In this document: piece after piece, positions 50,199 through 60,489 of the stretch | Numbering within the stretch: position 1 is the stretch's first letter | Layout: each line of letters opens with the position of its first letter | NCBI GenBank assembly: GCA_026388655.1 | Contig: JAPLJI010000138.1 | Coordinates: 471 to 64,470 of the forward strand | Source: Pseudomonadota bacterium | GTDB taxonomy: Bacteria; Desulfobacterota; JAPLJL01 | Direction: 5' to 3' | Length of the DNA: 64,000 bases | Notes under the pieces: model-generated | Database searches by the model: none | Seen by the model: the letters and a program-made list of their open reading frames with translations, nothing else | Told to the model about the DNA's origin: nothing | Position numbers and translations under genes: made by a program

Positions 50199-51605
50199 AT
50201 GGCTCGAATCGCTTTAATCAAGTGTTCCCTTCCCCCGAGCTTTAACCTTCTGGTCTCTCCGCCCCTGGGAATAATGTATATCGCCTCGGTCCTCAGAGAG
50301 CAGGGACACGAGGTTAAGATCCTCGACTCAAGGTTTAAGCCGGGCCGGCCGGAGGGATTTCGCGATGAGCTTAAGGTTTTTTCCCCCGAGATCGTAGGGC
50401 TTTCCGCGCTCACCCAGGAGTCAGATTCCCTGCATCGTTTCGCCGGACTGGCCCGGGAGATTCCGGGGGTGAAGGCGATTGTCGCGGGGGGCCCCCATCC
50501 CTCCGCCTACCCGGAGGAGGTTCTTTCCGATCCCCGGGTCGATTGGGTTGTGATCGGGGAGGGGGAAGAGACAATCCGGGAACTCGTCGAGGTCTTGATG
50601 TCGGGGGGGGAACCGGACCGGATCCGGGGGATCGCCCGTCGGGAAGGGGGAAGGGTGGTCAGAAACGAGCCCCGGCCCTATATCGCAAACCTGGACCAAC
50701 TGCCGTTCCCCGCCTGGGACTTGATCCCGCTCCCTGCCTATGCCCGGGTGAAAAGAAATGGGAATCTTCCGAAACGGAGATATATGTCGTTGATGACCTC
50801 CCGGGCTTGCCCCTATGACTGCATCTATTGTCACAAGCTTTTTGGTCGGGGCTTCCGGCCCCGGAGCCCGGAGAGTGTGATCGAGGAATTCGAGCGGCTT
50901 TATCGGGATTATGGGATCCGGGAATTCGAGGTGATCGACGATATTTTCAACCTGGATCTTCCCCGGGTAGAGGAGATCATCAGGTTGATCGGGGAGCGCA
51001 AACTGAAGATTCGCCTGGCCTTTCCGAACGGTCTGCGCGGGGACCGCTTGAATTATAATTCTTTAAAAATGATGAAGGAGGCGGGAACCTATTTCGCCGC
51101 CCTAGCGGTGGAAACCGCTTCCCCCCGTTTGCAGGAGGTGATCGGGAAGAAACTTGATCTCGAACGGGTTCGCCAGGCGGTGGAAGACTGCCGGAAATTG
51201 GGGATCACGACCATTGGTTTTTTCATGCTGGGTTTTCCGACCGAAACCTTGGGGGAGGCCAGAAAAACGGTGGAATGGGCCTGGTCCTCCCGGCTGGATT
51301 TCGCTACTTTTTTCATGGTTGTTCCCTACGGGGGGACCCCCATGGGCGAAAAATTCAATTCCAACAACTATCTCTCCCCGCGGCCTTTTCGTTTTGCGGA
51401 TCTGGACTTCCATCAGGGTTTCATCAATTTGAGCGAGGTACCCGACGCGGATCTTTTCGCCCTCCAGAGGAAAGCTTACCGCCGCTTTTACCTTTCCCGG
51501 GCCGGATCGCTCTTTTTTCGGGGCGCTTTCCTGGACGTGTCGTTCGGAGACGGGCTTAGACATTTTACCCTCCGGGCCTGGAAACGGGCGAGGGGATTTC
51601 ATTAG
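50199..51605 (+). CDS. B12-binding radical SAM protein (subfamily I; close paralog of the 21053 gene)
   Basis: MARIALIKCSLPPSFN.... MTSRACPYDCIYCH. FPNGLRGD. ETASPRLQ. Confidence 0.8.
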   Translation: MARIALIKCSLPPSFNLLVSPPLGIMYIASVLREQGHEVKILDSRFKPGRPEGFRDELKVFSPEIVGLSALTQESDSLHRFAGLAREIPGVKAIVAGGPHPSAYPEEVLSDPRVDWVVIGEGEETIRELVEVLMSGGEPDRIRGIARREGGRVVRNEPRPYIANLDQLPFPAWDLIPLPAYARVKRNGNLPKRRYMSLMTSRACPYDCIYCHKLFGRGFRPRSPESVIEEFERLYRDYGIREFEVIDDIFNLDLPRVEEIIRLIGERKLKIRLAFPNGLRGDRLNYNSLKMMKEAGTYFAALAVETASPRLQEVIGKKLDLERVRQAVEDCRKLGITTIGFFMLGFPTETLGEARKTVEWAWSSRLDFATFFMVVPYGGTPMGEKFNSNNYLSPRPFRFADLDFHQGFINLSEVPDADLFALQRKAYRRFYLSRAGSLFFRGAFLDVSFGDGLRHFTLRAWKRARGFH

Positions 51606-51616
51606 CCGAGGGCACC

Positions 51617-52108
51617 ATGAGAGTCATGCTCATCATTCCCCCCCGGATCAAGAGCCGCCATCGGGATTTCGCCCTTTATTACTCGAATCCTCATATCGGG
51701 ATGGCCTACCTGGCGGCGGCGCTCCGGGAGAAAGGCCATTCGGTCAAAATGATTGATGCTCAGGCCCAGGAGCTTTCATTCGGCGATCTGCAGACCCAGG
51801 TGACGGTTTTTTCCCCCGAATTCGTAGGGATCACGGTTTATACCGAGCAAATCGAGGAAGCCGGTAATGCGGCTCGGGGGATTAAAAGCTGGAATCCGGC
51901 AGTTCCAATTATCATCGGCGGGTGCCAAGCTTCGACGCTGCCGCGCGAGACCCTGGAAAAATTCCCCCATTTTGACCAGGTGATCCGGGGCGAAGCGGAA
52001 GATCAAGATCGGAATTGGCCTGTTGAAAGAGTTGTATTGGGGGCACAAGGTGCCGGCGGGTTTCTGATGGCGGTTAAAATAATCCGGGTTGGCGGCCTCA
52101 GGGCATAA
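51617..52108 (+). pseudogene. Truncated B12-binding radical SAM gene (subfamily II N-terminal domain, about 130 aa, then out-of-frame sequence)
   Basis: MRVMLIIPPRIKSRHRDF ... YTEQIEEA ... IIGGCQ, then similarity is lost and the ORF terminates early. Confidence 0.55.
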
Positions 52109-52137
52109 TTAATAATGCGCGTATTATATTAGTAAGG

Positions 52138-52719
52138 CCGAAGGTCAAAAGCGATGGGATCCAACCGGTTTTAGGTTTGGGATATCTCGCCGCCCAAATT
52201 CGGCAGAATGATGAGGTAAAGATATTAAATTGCATTAAAGAGAATTTTTCCTTGGGCCGATTCAAACGGTATCTGGCCGATCAGAAGCCCGAGGTGATTG
52301 GCCTTCAGGTCCAGCTGGATTTAATCATCGGACATCCCGGGGAAACCGAAAGGGAGATCGAAAAATCCTTGAAAATGGTTCTGGCCTGGGATCCCGATTA
52401 CCTGGTCTGGGCGCGCCTGGTTCCCTACCCGGGAACGAGGGTGGCGGAGGAAATGAAAGCGCGGACCGGAAAGGAAGAATTCTCCGGGGTGCCCTGGTCT
52501 TCCTACCAGAAACAGATCAAATCCGCTTTGGGAAACCTGGGCCTCACCCCGGAAACTCTCGGACGCTGGCAGATCAGGGGGTATGTAAAATTTTACCTTC
52601 GGCCCGGAAAAATCCTGAATCTTTTTCGTATCGTTCGCCTCCGGGTCTTGTTTTTATCCGTCTGGTATCAAATAAAAAGAATTTTTCCGAGGGGATCCAC
52701 CGGTTGGATGTCTCATTGA
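52138..52719 (+). pseudogene. Internal-deletion derivative of a radical SAM gene of the 37455 type. An N-terminal segment is fused to a C-terminal segment and the rSAM core is missing.
   Basis: GIQPVLGLGYLAAQIRQNDEVKILNCIKE matches SIQPILGLGYLAAQLKKNQEVKILDCIKE of the 37455 gene. It then jumps to C-terminal-type sequence (GHPGETEREIEKSL ... YVKFYLRP). There is no CxxxCxxC. Confidence 0.55.
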
Positions 52720-52816
52720 TTAATTCGTATCGAATCATACCCCCGGGGCTACCGTATTTTTCGCCGTTGACTAGATATGTTTTTAGCAGGGTGGGATCTG
52801 CGCAGGAAGAGGGCGT

Positions 52817-54475
52817 ATGATGCGGACTTATAAAGCAAACCAAAGCCAAACCCTTTCTAGCCGGTTGGGTTCGATTTTAAACAAGGAGAATTGGTTTTTT
52901 ATTTTTGTTTTTCTCCTGGCATTAATTTTGCGAATTAAAGATATAGGTTTGTTTCTTCCTTATTTCGAAGCCGGGGATGAAAAATTTCTAGTTGAATCAT
53001 CTTTAAATATCATTCGGACGGGGGATTTAAACCCGCATTTTTTCTGGTATGGATCCTTTCCGATTTATTGGATCTCGGCAATCTATTACCTGGTTATTCT
53101 GATTTTATGGCCTTTTTCAAACCAATCATCGTTAGCGAGTTTTATCGAGAATCTACATATTCATGATTACCATTGTTTGTTTTTCTACATCGGAAGAATC
53201 ACCTCGGTTTTATTTGGCTTGCTTACAATTTATCTCCTTTACGTGGTCGGGAAAAATCTATTTGGGAAAAAAACCGGGAAAATAATCCTATTTTTATCCT
53301 CCTTCAATGTTTTTCATGCATTTCTTTCTCAGTTTTTTAAGGTGGATATTTCCCTTTCCTTTTGGATCCTGGCTACGGTTTATTTTGCTTTGAAAATTTT
53401 AGAAAGCGGGAAAATCATAAATTATGTGCTGGGAGGGATCTGCATGGGATTGGCCATGTCAACCAAATATAATTTTCTGGCCTTTATCCCGTTGGTGGTT
53501 GCCCATATTTTGAAGGATAAAAATTTGAAATCAATATTTGATTTAAAGCTTTTTCTCGCCGGTTATGTGGCAGCGGTCACATTTATCGTGACCTGCCCGT
53601 TTTCAATTCTGGATTTTAAGGATTTCTATTCACAATTGTATTTTCAGATGAAAACTCTTCAGCAAGGTCCTTATGACCCGATGAGCTTTTTAACCGGGAT
53701 TCCCTATTTGGCTCCTTTGATCGCTATCGGGGGTTCCGATCCCTTGATCGCTTTTTCCTCGGTATTCGGGCTGATAATAGTTTTTCGAAAGGATTGGAGA
53801 TCGGCCGTTTTGGTTTCTTGCTTTCCGGTAATATATTTCATTTTCGCTTTTGGGGTTTCGAAACTGCCAAATCCCCAAAACATTTTCCCGACATTTCCTT
53901 TCCTGGTAATTTTCTCTGGATTTTTTTTCAAGCAATTTTTTGAAAGTAATAGACCGCGATATCGGCATCTGGCCGTCGGGATTTTTATTTTAAATATTAT
54001 TTTTCAAATTTTATTTTATTTTATTTATTTACCTCCTTATCAAGCTTGGGAATATCCTTACAAGGAATCTGTTAAGTGGATTGAAAAAAATATAGATAAA
54101 AATTCCATCGTCATGAGTTACTATGGCAGCCCTGGGAATTTCAGGTATATTAAAGGTTCTTTCGGGTTCGCTCAGGAGTACATGATTAGACCAAAACTAA
54201 AAAACTATGAAGAAAACCTGGTAAAATTTAAACCGGATTTTCTAATCCTGATGAATTGGGGAATGGAGAATCAAAGCAATGACGATTTTAAGGCGTATGG
54301 AAATTGGGTGAATGCCATACTTAAAAAACCATTTTCCGATTACTGTTTGATTAAAGGGTTTTATTTGCCTAAAATCTATCGGGGGATTTCGGAGAAATTT
54401 ATCCCGGTCAGTGAAAATTATGGTTTGTTGATTTTTCAGAGAAAAGAAGTACAAGGGTGCGAAAAGGAAAGTTAG
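52817..54475 (+). CDS. GT-C fold membrane glycosyltransferase, PMT/ArnT-like (lower G+C)
   Basis: GDEKFLVESSLNII loop. NPHFFWYGSFPIYW. MSTKYNF. 552 aa. Confidence 0.65.
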   Translation: MMRTYKANQSQTLSSRLGSILNKENWFFIFVFLLALILRIKDIGLFLPYFEAGDEKFLVESSLNIIRTGDLNPHFFWYGSFPIYWISAIYYLVILILWPFSNQSSLASFIENLHIHDYHCLFFYIGRITSVLFGLLTIYLLYVVGKNLFGKKTGKIILFLSSFNVFHAFLSQFFKVDISLSFWILATVYFALKILESGKIINYVLGGICMGLAMSTKYNFLAFIPLVVAHILKDKNLKSIFDLKLFLAGYVAAVTFIVTCPFSILDFKDFYSQLYFQMKTLQQGPYDPMSFLTGIPYLAPLIAIGGSDPLIAFSSVFGLIIVFRKDWRSAVLVSCFPVIYFIFAFGVSKLPNPQNIFPTFPFLVIFSGFFFKQFFESNRPRYRHLAVGIFILNIIFQILFYFIYLPPYQAWEYPYKESVKWIEKNIDKNSIVMSYYGSPGNFRYIKGSFGFAQEYMIRPKLKNYEENLVKFKPDFLILMNWGMENQSNDDFKAYGNWVNAILKKPFSDYCLIKGFYLPKIYRGISEKFIPVSENYGLLIFQRKEVQGCEKES

Positions 54476-54552
54476 CCCTTTTTGGAGATCAATGCCAAAA
54501 ACATTTTTTCCGCCAGGCCCAAGGACGAAATCCTTTCCAAAAAGCGGGATGA

Positions 54553-55461
54553 TTGATGAAAAATTCAATAGGTTATAGGTTGTTTCGGGAACATCTCTGG
54601 GGATACCTGCGTTTGATTTTTACCTTGGATGTCGTGATACCCATTATTTCTTTATCCGTGGGAATCGGAGTCGGAGGAAGCCTGCGATATCCCGCTCCCA
54701 ACCTGGTAACGACGGTGATAATCGCGGTGATAATTGCGCTAATTTATCCGGGAATAATCGGGGCGGCGATGGCGGGCAGGGCTTTTCGAGAAATTCTCGC
54801 GCCCCGATTCTTGAGCCGGTTTGAGCTCGGAATGGTGATCGCCGTGGGGATGGGCATCCCCATCGGCGTTATAATTTATTACCGGGTTTGGGAAGTGCTG
54901 GGGGTCTGGATTCTGGGCTCGGGTCTGCTTCTATACTGGCATTGGCTTTCCTTCCGGGCGGGGCCAAACATTAATATCCTCCGGGAAACTGTCGGCGCGG
55001 TTCTCCTGGTTCCGTTTCCTATGCTTTTGGTTTGGACGGCCTATATCCGGAACTTTTTTCCGGACCGGGAGATCGGCCTCGTTATGTTGATTTTCGGGCT
55101 CTTGGCTTTGGGCGCCAATCTGGGCCGGGCCTGGTCGGAAGCGGGAGGACTTGGGCCTTCGAGCGGTTCTTTTTTCGGAAAGGCGGAGGTCATCATTGCT
55201 GCTTTCACCTTGTCTTTCCTCTTTTTGTTCTTTGGAATTCAAAAGGGAATTTTTATGCCAATGAGAATGCAGTATCTAAAATTCGGAGGGGTTATAACGT
55301 TCATTATAAGTTTGTTAATTTGCTATTTGGGTTTTACAAATATTTTTGATAAAGTTATAAAAAATAATAAATTGACAAGATATGTGTACTATGGTGTAAT
55401 ATTTTTGGGTTTTCTTGGATTCTGGCTTGCCTACAAAAGCAGGCCGTTACGGTTAATGTGA
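54553..55461 (+). CDS. Polytopic membrane protein of unknown function
   Basis: 302 aa with about 8 hydrophobic helices. No recognisable motif. Confidence 0.4.
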   Translation: MMKNSIGYRLFREHLWGYLRLIFTLDVVIPIISLSVGIGVGGSLRYPAPNLVTTVIIAVIIALIYPGIIGAAMAGRAFREILAPRFLSRFELGMVIAVGMGIPIGVIIYYRVWEVLGVWILGSGLLLYWHWLSFRAGPNINILRETVGAVLLVPFPMLLVWTAYIRNFFPDREIGLVMLIFGLLALGANLGRAWSEAGGLGPSSGSFFGKAEVIIAAFTLSFLFLFFGIQKGIFMPMRMQYLKFGGVITFIISLLICYLGFTNIFDKVIKNNKLTRYVYYGVIFLGFLGFWLAYKSRPLRLM

Positions 55462-55669
55462 GAAATCATTTCCCAAATTTTATACTTTTCTTACTTAAAT
55501 GCCGGTTTAAGTAAAAATTTAATCTTTTCAACGAAATTTTCCGGTTTGAAAAACAGATATTTCAATTGAAAAACAGCATGTTAAGTTTTTCACCGGGTGA
55601 TCGAATCTTGGGAATGGTTTTTGCGAGAAATATCTCTAGGATTAAAATTAAGTAAAAGGGGGGTTTTTA

Positions 55670-58600
55670 ATGAAGCTGAAAATTTTATGGTTCGTTTTAC
55701 CCCTTACTTTCTTTATTTTTTTGATCCTGGGCGTCGTGACGGGGGCGGTGGAGCAACCCGCCGGCGGCCAGCTTGATCCGTGGTTCGCCCTGAAAAAAAT
55801 CGAGGGCAACCAGAACAGCATTGGGATGGCTCTTACCTATGGGGATCTTGACCGTGGCTGCATTTGCTTTCCGAACACAGAGGATGGCAGTTGCACCGGC
55901 GCCCGTAGTTGCCAGGACCCAGGGTATCCCGCCTGCCGGGTAAATGATCCTGGAGATGGAACTGGAACTGGAACTTCGAATTACTGCACCGATTCCCGAT
56001 CCACATTAGGCGGCTGGAATCAGATTACATTCCCAGGGGATAAAACCACAGGACCTGGCGAGTTCGTCGGTCTTTTCAACTGGATGGAGGACACGATTGA
56101 GGGAGTTTTCCGGGATAACCTCAAAATAGTATGGCCGACGCTCCAAGGATTGCTTTGCGGATTCCAAATGTGCCAAGCCCAAGCCCCCATAAATATGTGC
56201 ATAAATATCCTGGATTTCGATGGGGCAACAGGTGGAGGAAGTAATAATAACACGTGCACCTGCCCTGATCCTGGGTCGGATAGTGTAAATGACGGTATAA
56301 TCCTGTGGGTTAATCGGGCCTTCGTCAAAATCTGGCCGCTCGGGGATGGCAGCACTCTTCGGGCGGTGATTGCCCTTTACGCAGTTTCCCAAAATGAGAT
56401 CCCGGCGGACCCGAATATCCCGGGGGATATCGGCGTTCCGGCATTCCCGCGAATCAACACGGCTTCTTCCTCTGCCGCAAGATACTACGGGGCAGACGGG
56501 AATGTTGGGTCATCGGAAATATGCGCGGAAGCCGAAATCTGCGGAACCTGTGGCGGATATTACGGGGGTTGCACCACTCTCCACACCGATGCCTTAATCA
56601 TCAGGATGGATATCAAAACAAAAGTTATGCAAAATCCGCAAACCGGGGAATATTCGCTTTTGGATGTCTGCGTCACCGAGGGCCAGATGGACTTTAAGGG
56701 CGCCAACGCGCAAGGTAACGTTGCCGGCACCAATTTGAATTGTGATTTGGAATTAGGGGAAGACGGAGCGCTTACAAATGGTGCAACAGCTTTGGATCTG
56801 GAAACGCTGCTGCCCTCAGCTATGCTTCCTAGTATGGTTAATGCACTTCTTCATGGGAACTGCCCCAACGCCCTCCATAGCTGTGACTCCTACCAGACCA
56901 CTTACTATGGGGGGGGGCCCGGATGTTCAGGGAAGGTGGACGCCTGCTACCGGAGCGGGGTGGGTGAAGCGGATACTAATTGTCGTCAATGCAGTCCTTG
57001 CAACCGGACCAATGAAGGCGCGGTCTGCAATGCCGTCGGTTGGGGGCAAAAGCGGCTCAAGTCCACCGGCATTCCTCCGATCGACAAATGGGTAGACGAC
57101 ATGGAGACAAAGCGCGAAGGGGAAGGAGGGTGCAAGATAGGCTTCCTCCCCGTTGACCTGAACAATATCCTCAATCCCTACCAGCCTTTCATGACCCAGT
57201 TTCCCGGGTATGATCCACAAGATTCCCGTTACGGGATCGCCCAGCTGGGGGGGGCCACTTTCGACGTGGGGATTTACGTGGACCCGAATTTCCCGGTGCT
57301 GGACAACAACCGGATGTTGGTGGGAATCGATGTCTCCCTCAAGCCCCGCTGGGGAGAATATTGGGGCTGCATTGATCCTCAAGAAATGGGTTACCCTCAA
57401 TATACCAACCCCGGCTGGGTTACGCCCCGCGTCTGGACCAGTTTCCCCAACCCGAGCAGCGGCCAATATGGCATGGCGGCTTCCATCAGCCAGGACTTTT
57501 TCACGGAGATTTTCAATCTCCTTTACGCTTCCAACATGTTCTGCTGGGACATCAGCAAGGACACCATCGCCGGCCTCATCCCCATGACCATGGGGTTTGA
57601 CCTCAGCTTTTTATCCGAACTCCTTCACGTTCCGAGCTTCGCGACGCTGGCGCCGGGGGTAGAGGCGGTGGCGGACCCGGATGGCTACGCCTCGATCCAC
57701 CTGGTTCCGGCCGGAACCCCCTCGACCCGGGTCGGCGTCGGCACCTACACCTACCCGGTGGAATACCTCGAGGACATCATGCCGGAATTATCCAACCCTA
57801 CCCAGGGAGGGCTCAAGGGCGATTACTATCGAGGGATCAACCTTGCCCTCTTCGCCGGGAGCCGGCTGGACGGCTGCGGCACGGCCTGCAATTACCGCGG
57901 CCACGGCAACTCGGGGAACGGGATCAACTTCACCAACTGGAACACCAATGGCCCGGAGACGATCAATCGGTACCCCGGGAGCGTTACCTCCAATGATTTC
58001 CACACCCCCAACCAGGGGGCGGATTGGTCCCCCAGCGGGAGCGCTACTTATACCGCCGGCTGGATGCAGCTCACCTCTGCTGTCAACCAGCGGGGGGCGA
58101 TCCGATCGCCGATTACCCTCGCGGACGCTTACCCCGAGGTTATCACCCAGTGGTCAATCAGATTCGATTTAAACATCGGGGATGTTGCGACGACCCAACT
58201 CAACCAAGCTCGTTTAAACATGTATTACGACACTGTCGATACGGCCAGCAGGTGTTTCCCCACCAACGGCTACTCGATTCAATTTGACCATTATAATAAT
58301 TTAATTAGTTTATACCGAGATTCAGCGGGATCGGAAACCCTGCTCAACCAGACTCCCTATGATTTCGGAAGCGCTGGGGCCGTTACCCTTTATCCCCGGG
58401 TGGATTGGCTCGGCTTTGAAGAAGGAGGAAAAGCGTTAATCCAGGTTTTTATGGAGGCGAACAATGGCCAGGGCGGGAAATTAATCTTCACCGCCACTAT
58501 TAGTAATCCAAATTACACCAATATAAATATTGGTTTCTCGGCCCAGACCGAAGCAGCATCGTTCTCAACGCATTTTATCGACAATGTTAGTTTTGACCGG

Positions 58601-60469
58601 CGGGCCGGGGCCTATTCCGCGATCTGGACCGGCTACCTGATGGCGCCCTTCACCGGGAGTTACACCGTCTGCACCCGCTCCGACGACGGGGCCCGGCTCT
58701 TCCTTGACAATGTCATCCAGATCAATAACTGGGACGACGGTGTAATGACCGCCTTCCCGGGCGAATGCGCGTCGCTCACCCTGACCCAGGGGTTCCACCC
58801 CCTCCGCCTCGAATATTATGAGAACCAGAGCGGTGCGGGGATCGGGCTTTACTGGTGCACGCCCTCGGCGAACCCCTATGGAATCAGCACTAGCTGTGGC
58901 GTGGCGATGACCGAGGCCAACACCATCTCCCCCACCTATCTCTACTACAGCGGGGTGATTGCGAAACAAAGTACCGGAACTTACGACGTTTACGTCAAAC
59001 TGCCGTCCAGCCGCTTCGAGATCTGGGCCCCTCTCAACGACGGCGTCCCCGGCAAGATTACCAACGAGCCGGTCCGGCTCTTCTCCCTTGAGTCCTATAT
59101 AAATATAGGCATGGACATCGAATACATCCGCGGGGTCACGAAGACCCTCCGCTATTGGGGGTGGGACAGCGGTTCTTCCGGAAGCATGAAGACGGGTTCC
59201 TTCCAGGACTTTTTCCGGATCTTCGCCGAGGTTCATCCCGAGCTGGTGGACATCAAGTACGCGGCCGACCAAAGGTTGACCCGGGCGGAAATGGAGAACG
59301 CCATCACCTCGATTTTCTCGACCATCGCTTCCAGCTACATTCAGATGCAGATTGAAACCGGCATGAACATTAACGCCCTCCTGGGCAGTCTGGGCATGCT
59401 GATTCCACGGAGCGGGCCCGATCCCTGGAAGGACGTGGGATTCATCCCCACGTATATCGGCCCCCTGGGACCGGACAGCCCGGCCATTCGGGAAACCCAG
59501 CCGCCTTTCTGGGCCGACAATCCCGCCGGGGACAATCTCGGTCTCACCTTCGATATCGGTACCTACACCAAGTTAAACGCCACCTTTATCATCCCGTTCT
59601 TGAGCATGGTATCCCTCGCCCCCGGGGTTCCGGTCGGCCTCCAGGCCCTGTCGCTCTCAAGGGAAAGCCAACCGGAGGGGCCCGTGGTGACTACCGCCAT
59701 CGCCGCGCCTCCGGGAGTGTTCTTTGAAAGCGAGCCCGATCCCATCTGGACCCGGGGCTATGCGCTGTCTCCCCTGGAGTCGGGTGCGGCGGGGCTGGGG
59801 GCGAAAGGCGCGGAGATCGGCTTTGCCGGGTACGATTCCCGGGGCACGGATATCCGCGAGCTGCGCTACTCCTGGAGGCTGGACGGCGGGCTCTGGAATG
59901 TCCCGAAATACACCCAGAAGGCCAAACTGCCCCCGCTCCTAGAGGGAAAACATATCTTCGAGGTCATGGCGATCGCTCCGGACGGCTGGATTGATGCGGA
60001 GCCGGCCCGGCTGGACTTCACGGTCGACACCCAGGCGCCCCGGCTCAAGCTCCAGAATGTTTCCGAGGAGTCCTTTATCACCTCTGAAAACCCCACCTTC
60101 GTGGTGGAGGCGTCGGATTTCCAGACCCAGCCGGAAAACATCCGGATCGCCTACCGCCTGGACGGCGGAGAGATCGTGGACAACGGTTTTTCCAAGGTCA
60201 TCGATCTTCGCCGGGTGCCGGCCTTGGAGCACAAGCTCGAGATTTACGCCCAGGACGAGGCCGGGAACCTGGGAGCGCTGATCCAGGAATTCTTCACCGA
60301 CACCACCCGCGGCGGGTACGGGTGCGGGGTGCTGGCTTCCGGGAAGACCAGCAAGGCGGGCACCATCGCGCTGGTGATCATCCTGCTTTCCCTGCCGTTC
60401 ATGGTGATCCTGGCCCTGAAGCTTCATTACCGGGAAAAAAAGGAAAAGCCGCAAACCAACAAGGGATAA
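55670..60469 (+). CDS. Giant secreted, C-terminally membrane-anchored protein (1599 aa) with a PA14 domain and Ig-like domains
   Basis: Signal peptide MKLKILWFVLPLTFFIFLILG. Cys-rich N-terminal region. PA14 signature at about 58600-58870 (WTGYLMAPFTGSYTVCTRSDDGARLFLDNVIQINNWDDG ... LRLEYYENQSGAGIGLYW). C-terminal transmembrane helix plus basic tail (IALVIILLSLPFMVILALKLHYREKKEK). Confidence 0.7.
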   Translation: MKLKILWFVLPLTFFIFLILGVVTGAVEQPAGGQLDPWFALKKIEGNQNSIGMALTYGDLDRGCICFPNTEDGSCTGARSCQDPGYPACRVNDPGDGTGTGTSNYCTDSRSTLGGWNQITFPGDKTTGPGEFVGLFNWMEDTIEGVFRDNLKIVWPTLQGLLCGFQMCQAQAPINMCINILDFDGATGGGSNNNTCTCPDPGSDSVNDGIILWVNRAFVKIWPLGDGSTLRAVIALYAVSQNEIPADPNIPGDIGVPAFPRINTASSSAARYYGADGNVGSSEICAEAEICGTCGGYYGGCTTLHTDALIIRMDIKTKVMQNPQTGEYSLLDVCVTEGQMDFKGANAQGNVAGTNLNCDLELGEDGALTNGATALDLETLLPSAMLPSMVNALLHGNCPNALHSCDSYQTTYYGGGPGCSGKVDACYRSGVGEADTNCRQCSPCNRTNEGAVCNAVGWGQKRLKSTGIPPIDKWVDDMETKREGEGGCKIGFLPVDLNNILNPYQPFMTQFPGYDPQDSRYGIAQLGGATFDVGIYVDPNFPVLDNNRMLVGIDVSLKPRWGEYWGCIDPQEMGYPQYTNPGWVTPRVWTSFPNPSSGQYGMAASISQDFFTEIFNLLYASNMFCWDISKDTIAGLIPMTMGFDLSFLSELLHVPSFATLAPGVEAVADPDGYASIHLVPAGTPSTRVGVGTYTYPVEYLEDIMPELSNPTQGGLKGDYYRGINLALFAGSRLDGCGTACNYRGHGNSGNGINFTNWNTNGPETINRYPGSVTSNDFHTPNQGADWSPSGSATYTAGWMQLTSAVNQRGAIRSPITLADAYPEVITQWSIRFDLNIGDVATTQLNQARLNMYYDTVDTASRCFPTNGYSIQFDHYNNLISLYRDSAGSETLLNQTPYDFGSAGAVTLYPRVDWLGFEEGGKALIQVFMEANNGQGGKLIFTATISNPNYTNINIGFSAQTEAASFSTHFIDNVSFDRRAGAYSAIWTGYLMAPFTGSYTVCTRSDDGARLFLDNVIQINNWDDGVMTAFPGECASLTLTQGFHPLRLEYYENQSGAGIGLYWCTPSANPYGISTSCGVAMTEANTISPTYLYYSGVIAKQSTGTYDVYVKLPSSRFEIWAPLNDGVPGKITNEPVRLFSLESYINIGMDIEYIRGVTKTLRYWGWDSGSSGSMKTGSFQDFFRIFAEVHPELVDIKYAADQRLTRAEMENAITSIFSTIASSYIQMQIETGMNINALLGSLGMLIPRSGPDPWKDVGFIPTYIGPLGPDSPAIRETQPPFWADNPAGDNLGLTFDIGTYTKLNATFIIPFLSMVSLAPGVPVGLQALSLSRESQPEGPVVTTAIAAPPGVFFESEPDPIWTRGYALSPLESGAAGLGAKGAEIGFAGYDSRGTDIRELRYSWRLDGGLWNVPKYTQKAKLPPLLEGKHIFEVMAIAPDGWIDAEPARLDFTVDTQAPRLKLQNVSEESFITSENPTFVVEASDFQTQPENIRIAYRLDGGEIVDNGFSKVIDLRRVPALEHKLEIYAQDEAGNLGALIQEFFTDTTRGGYGCGVLASGKTSKAGTIALVIILLSLPFMVILALKLHYREKKEKPQTNKG

Positions 60470-60489
60470 AGTCTGGGGAGGGAAAAAAC

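Noticed and set aside
6553-54475. RiPP biosynthetic cluster, with the radical SAMs as peptide maturases
   Set aside because: Intergenic spacers are essentially zero and no small precursor-like ORFs are present. The enzymes are class B (B12) rSAMs without SPASM or twitch C-terminal Cys clusters or RRE-like domains. The partners are glycosyltransferases rather than peptidases or transporters.
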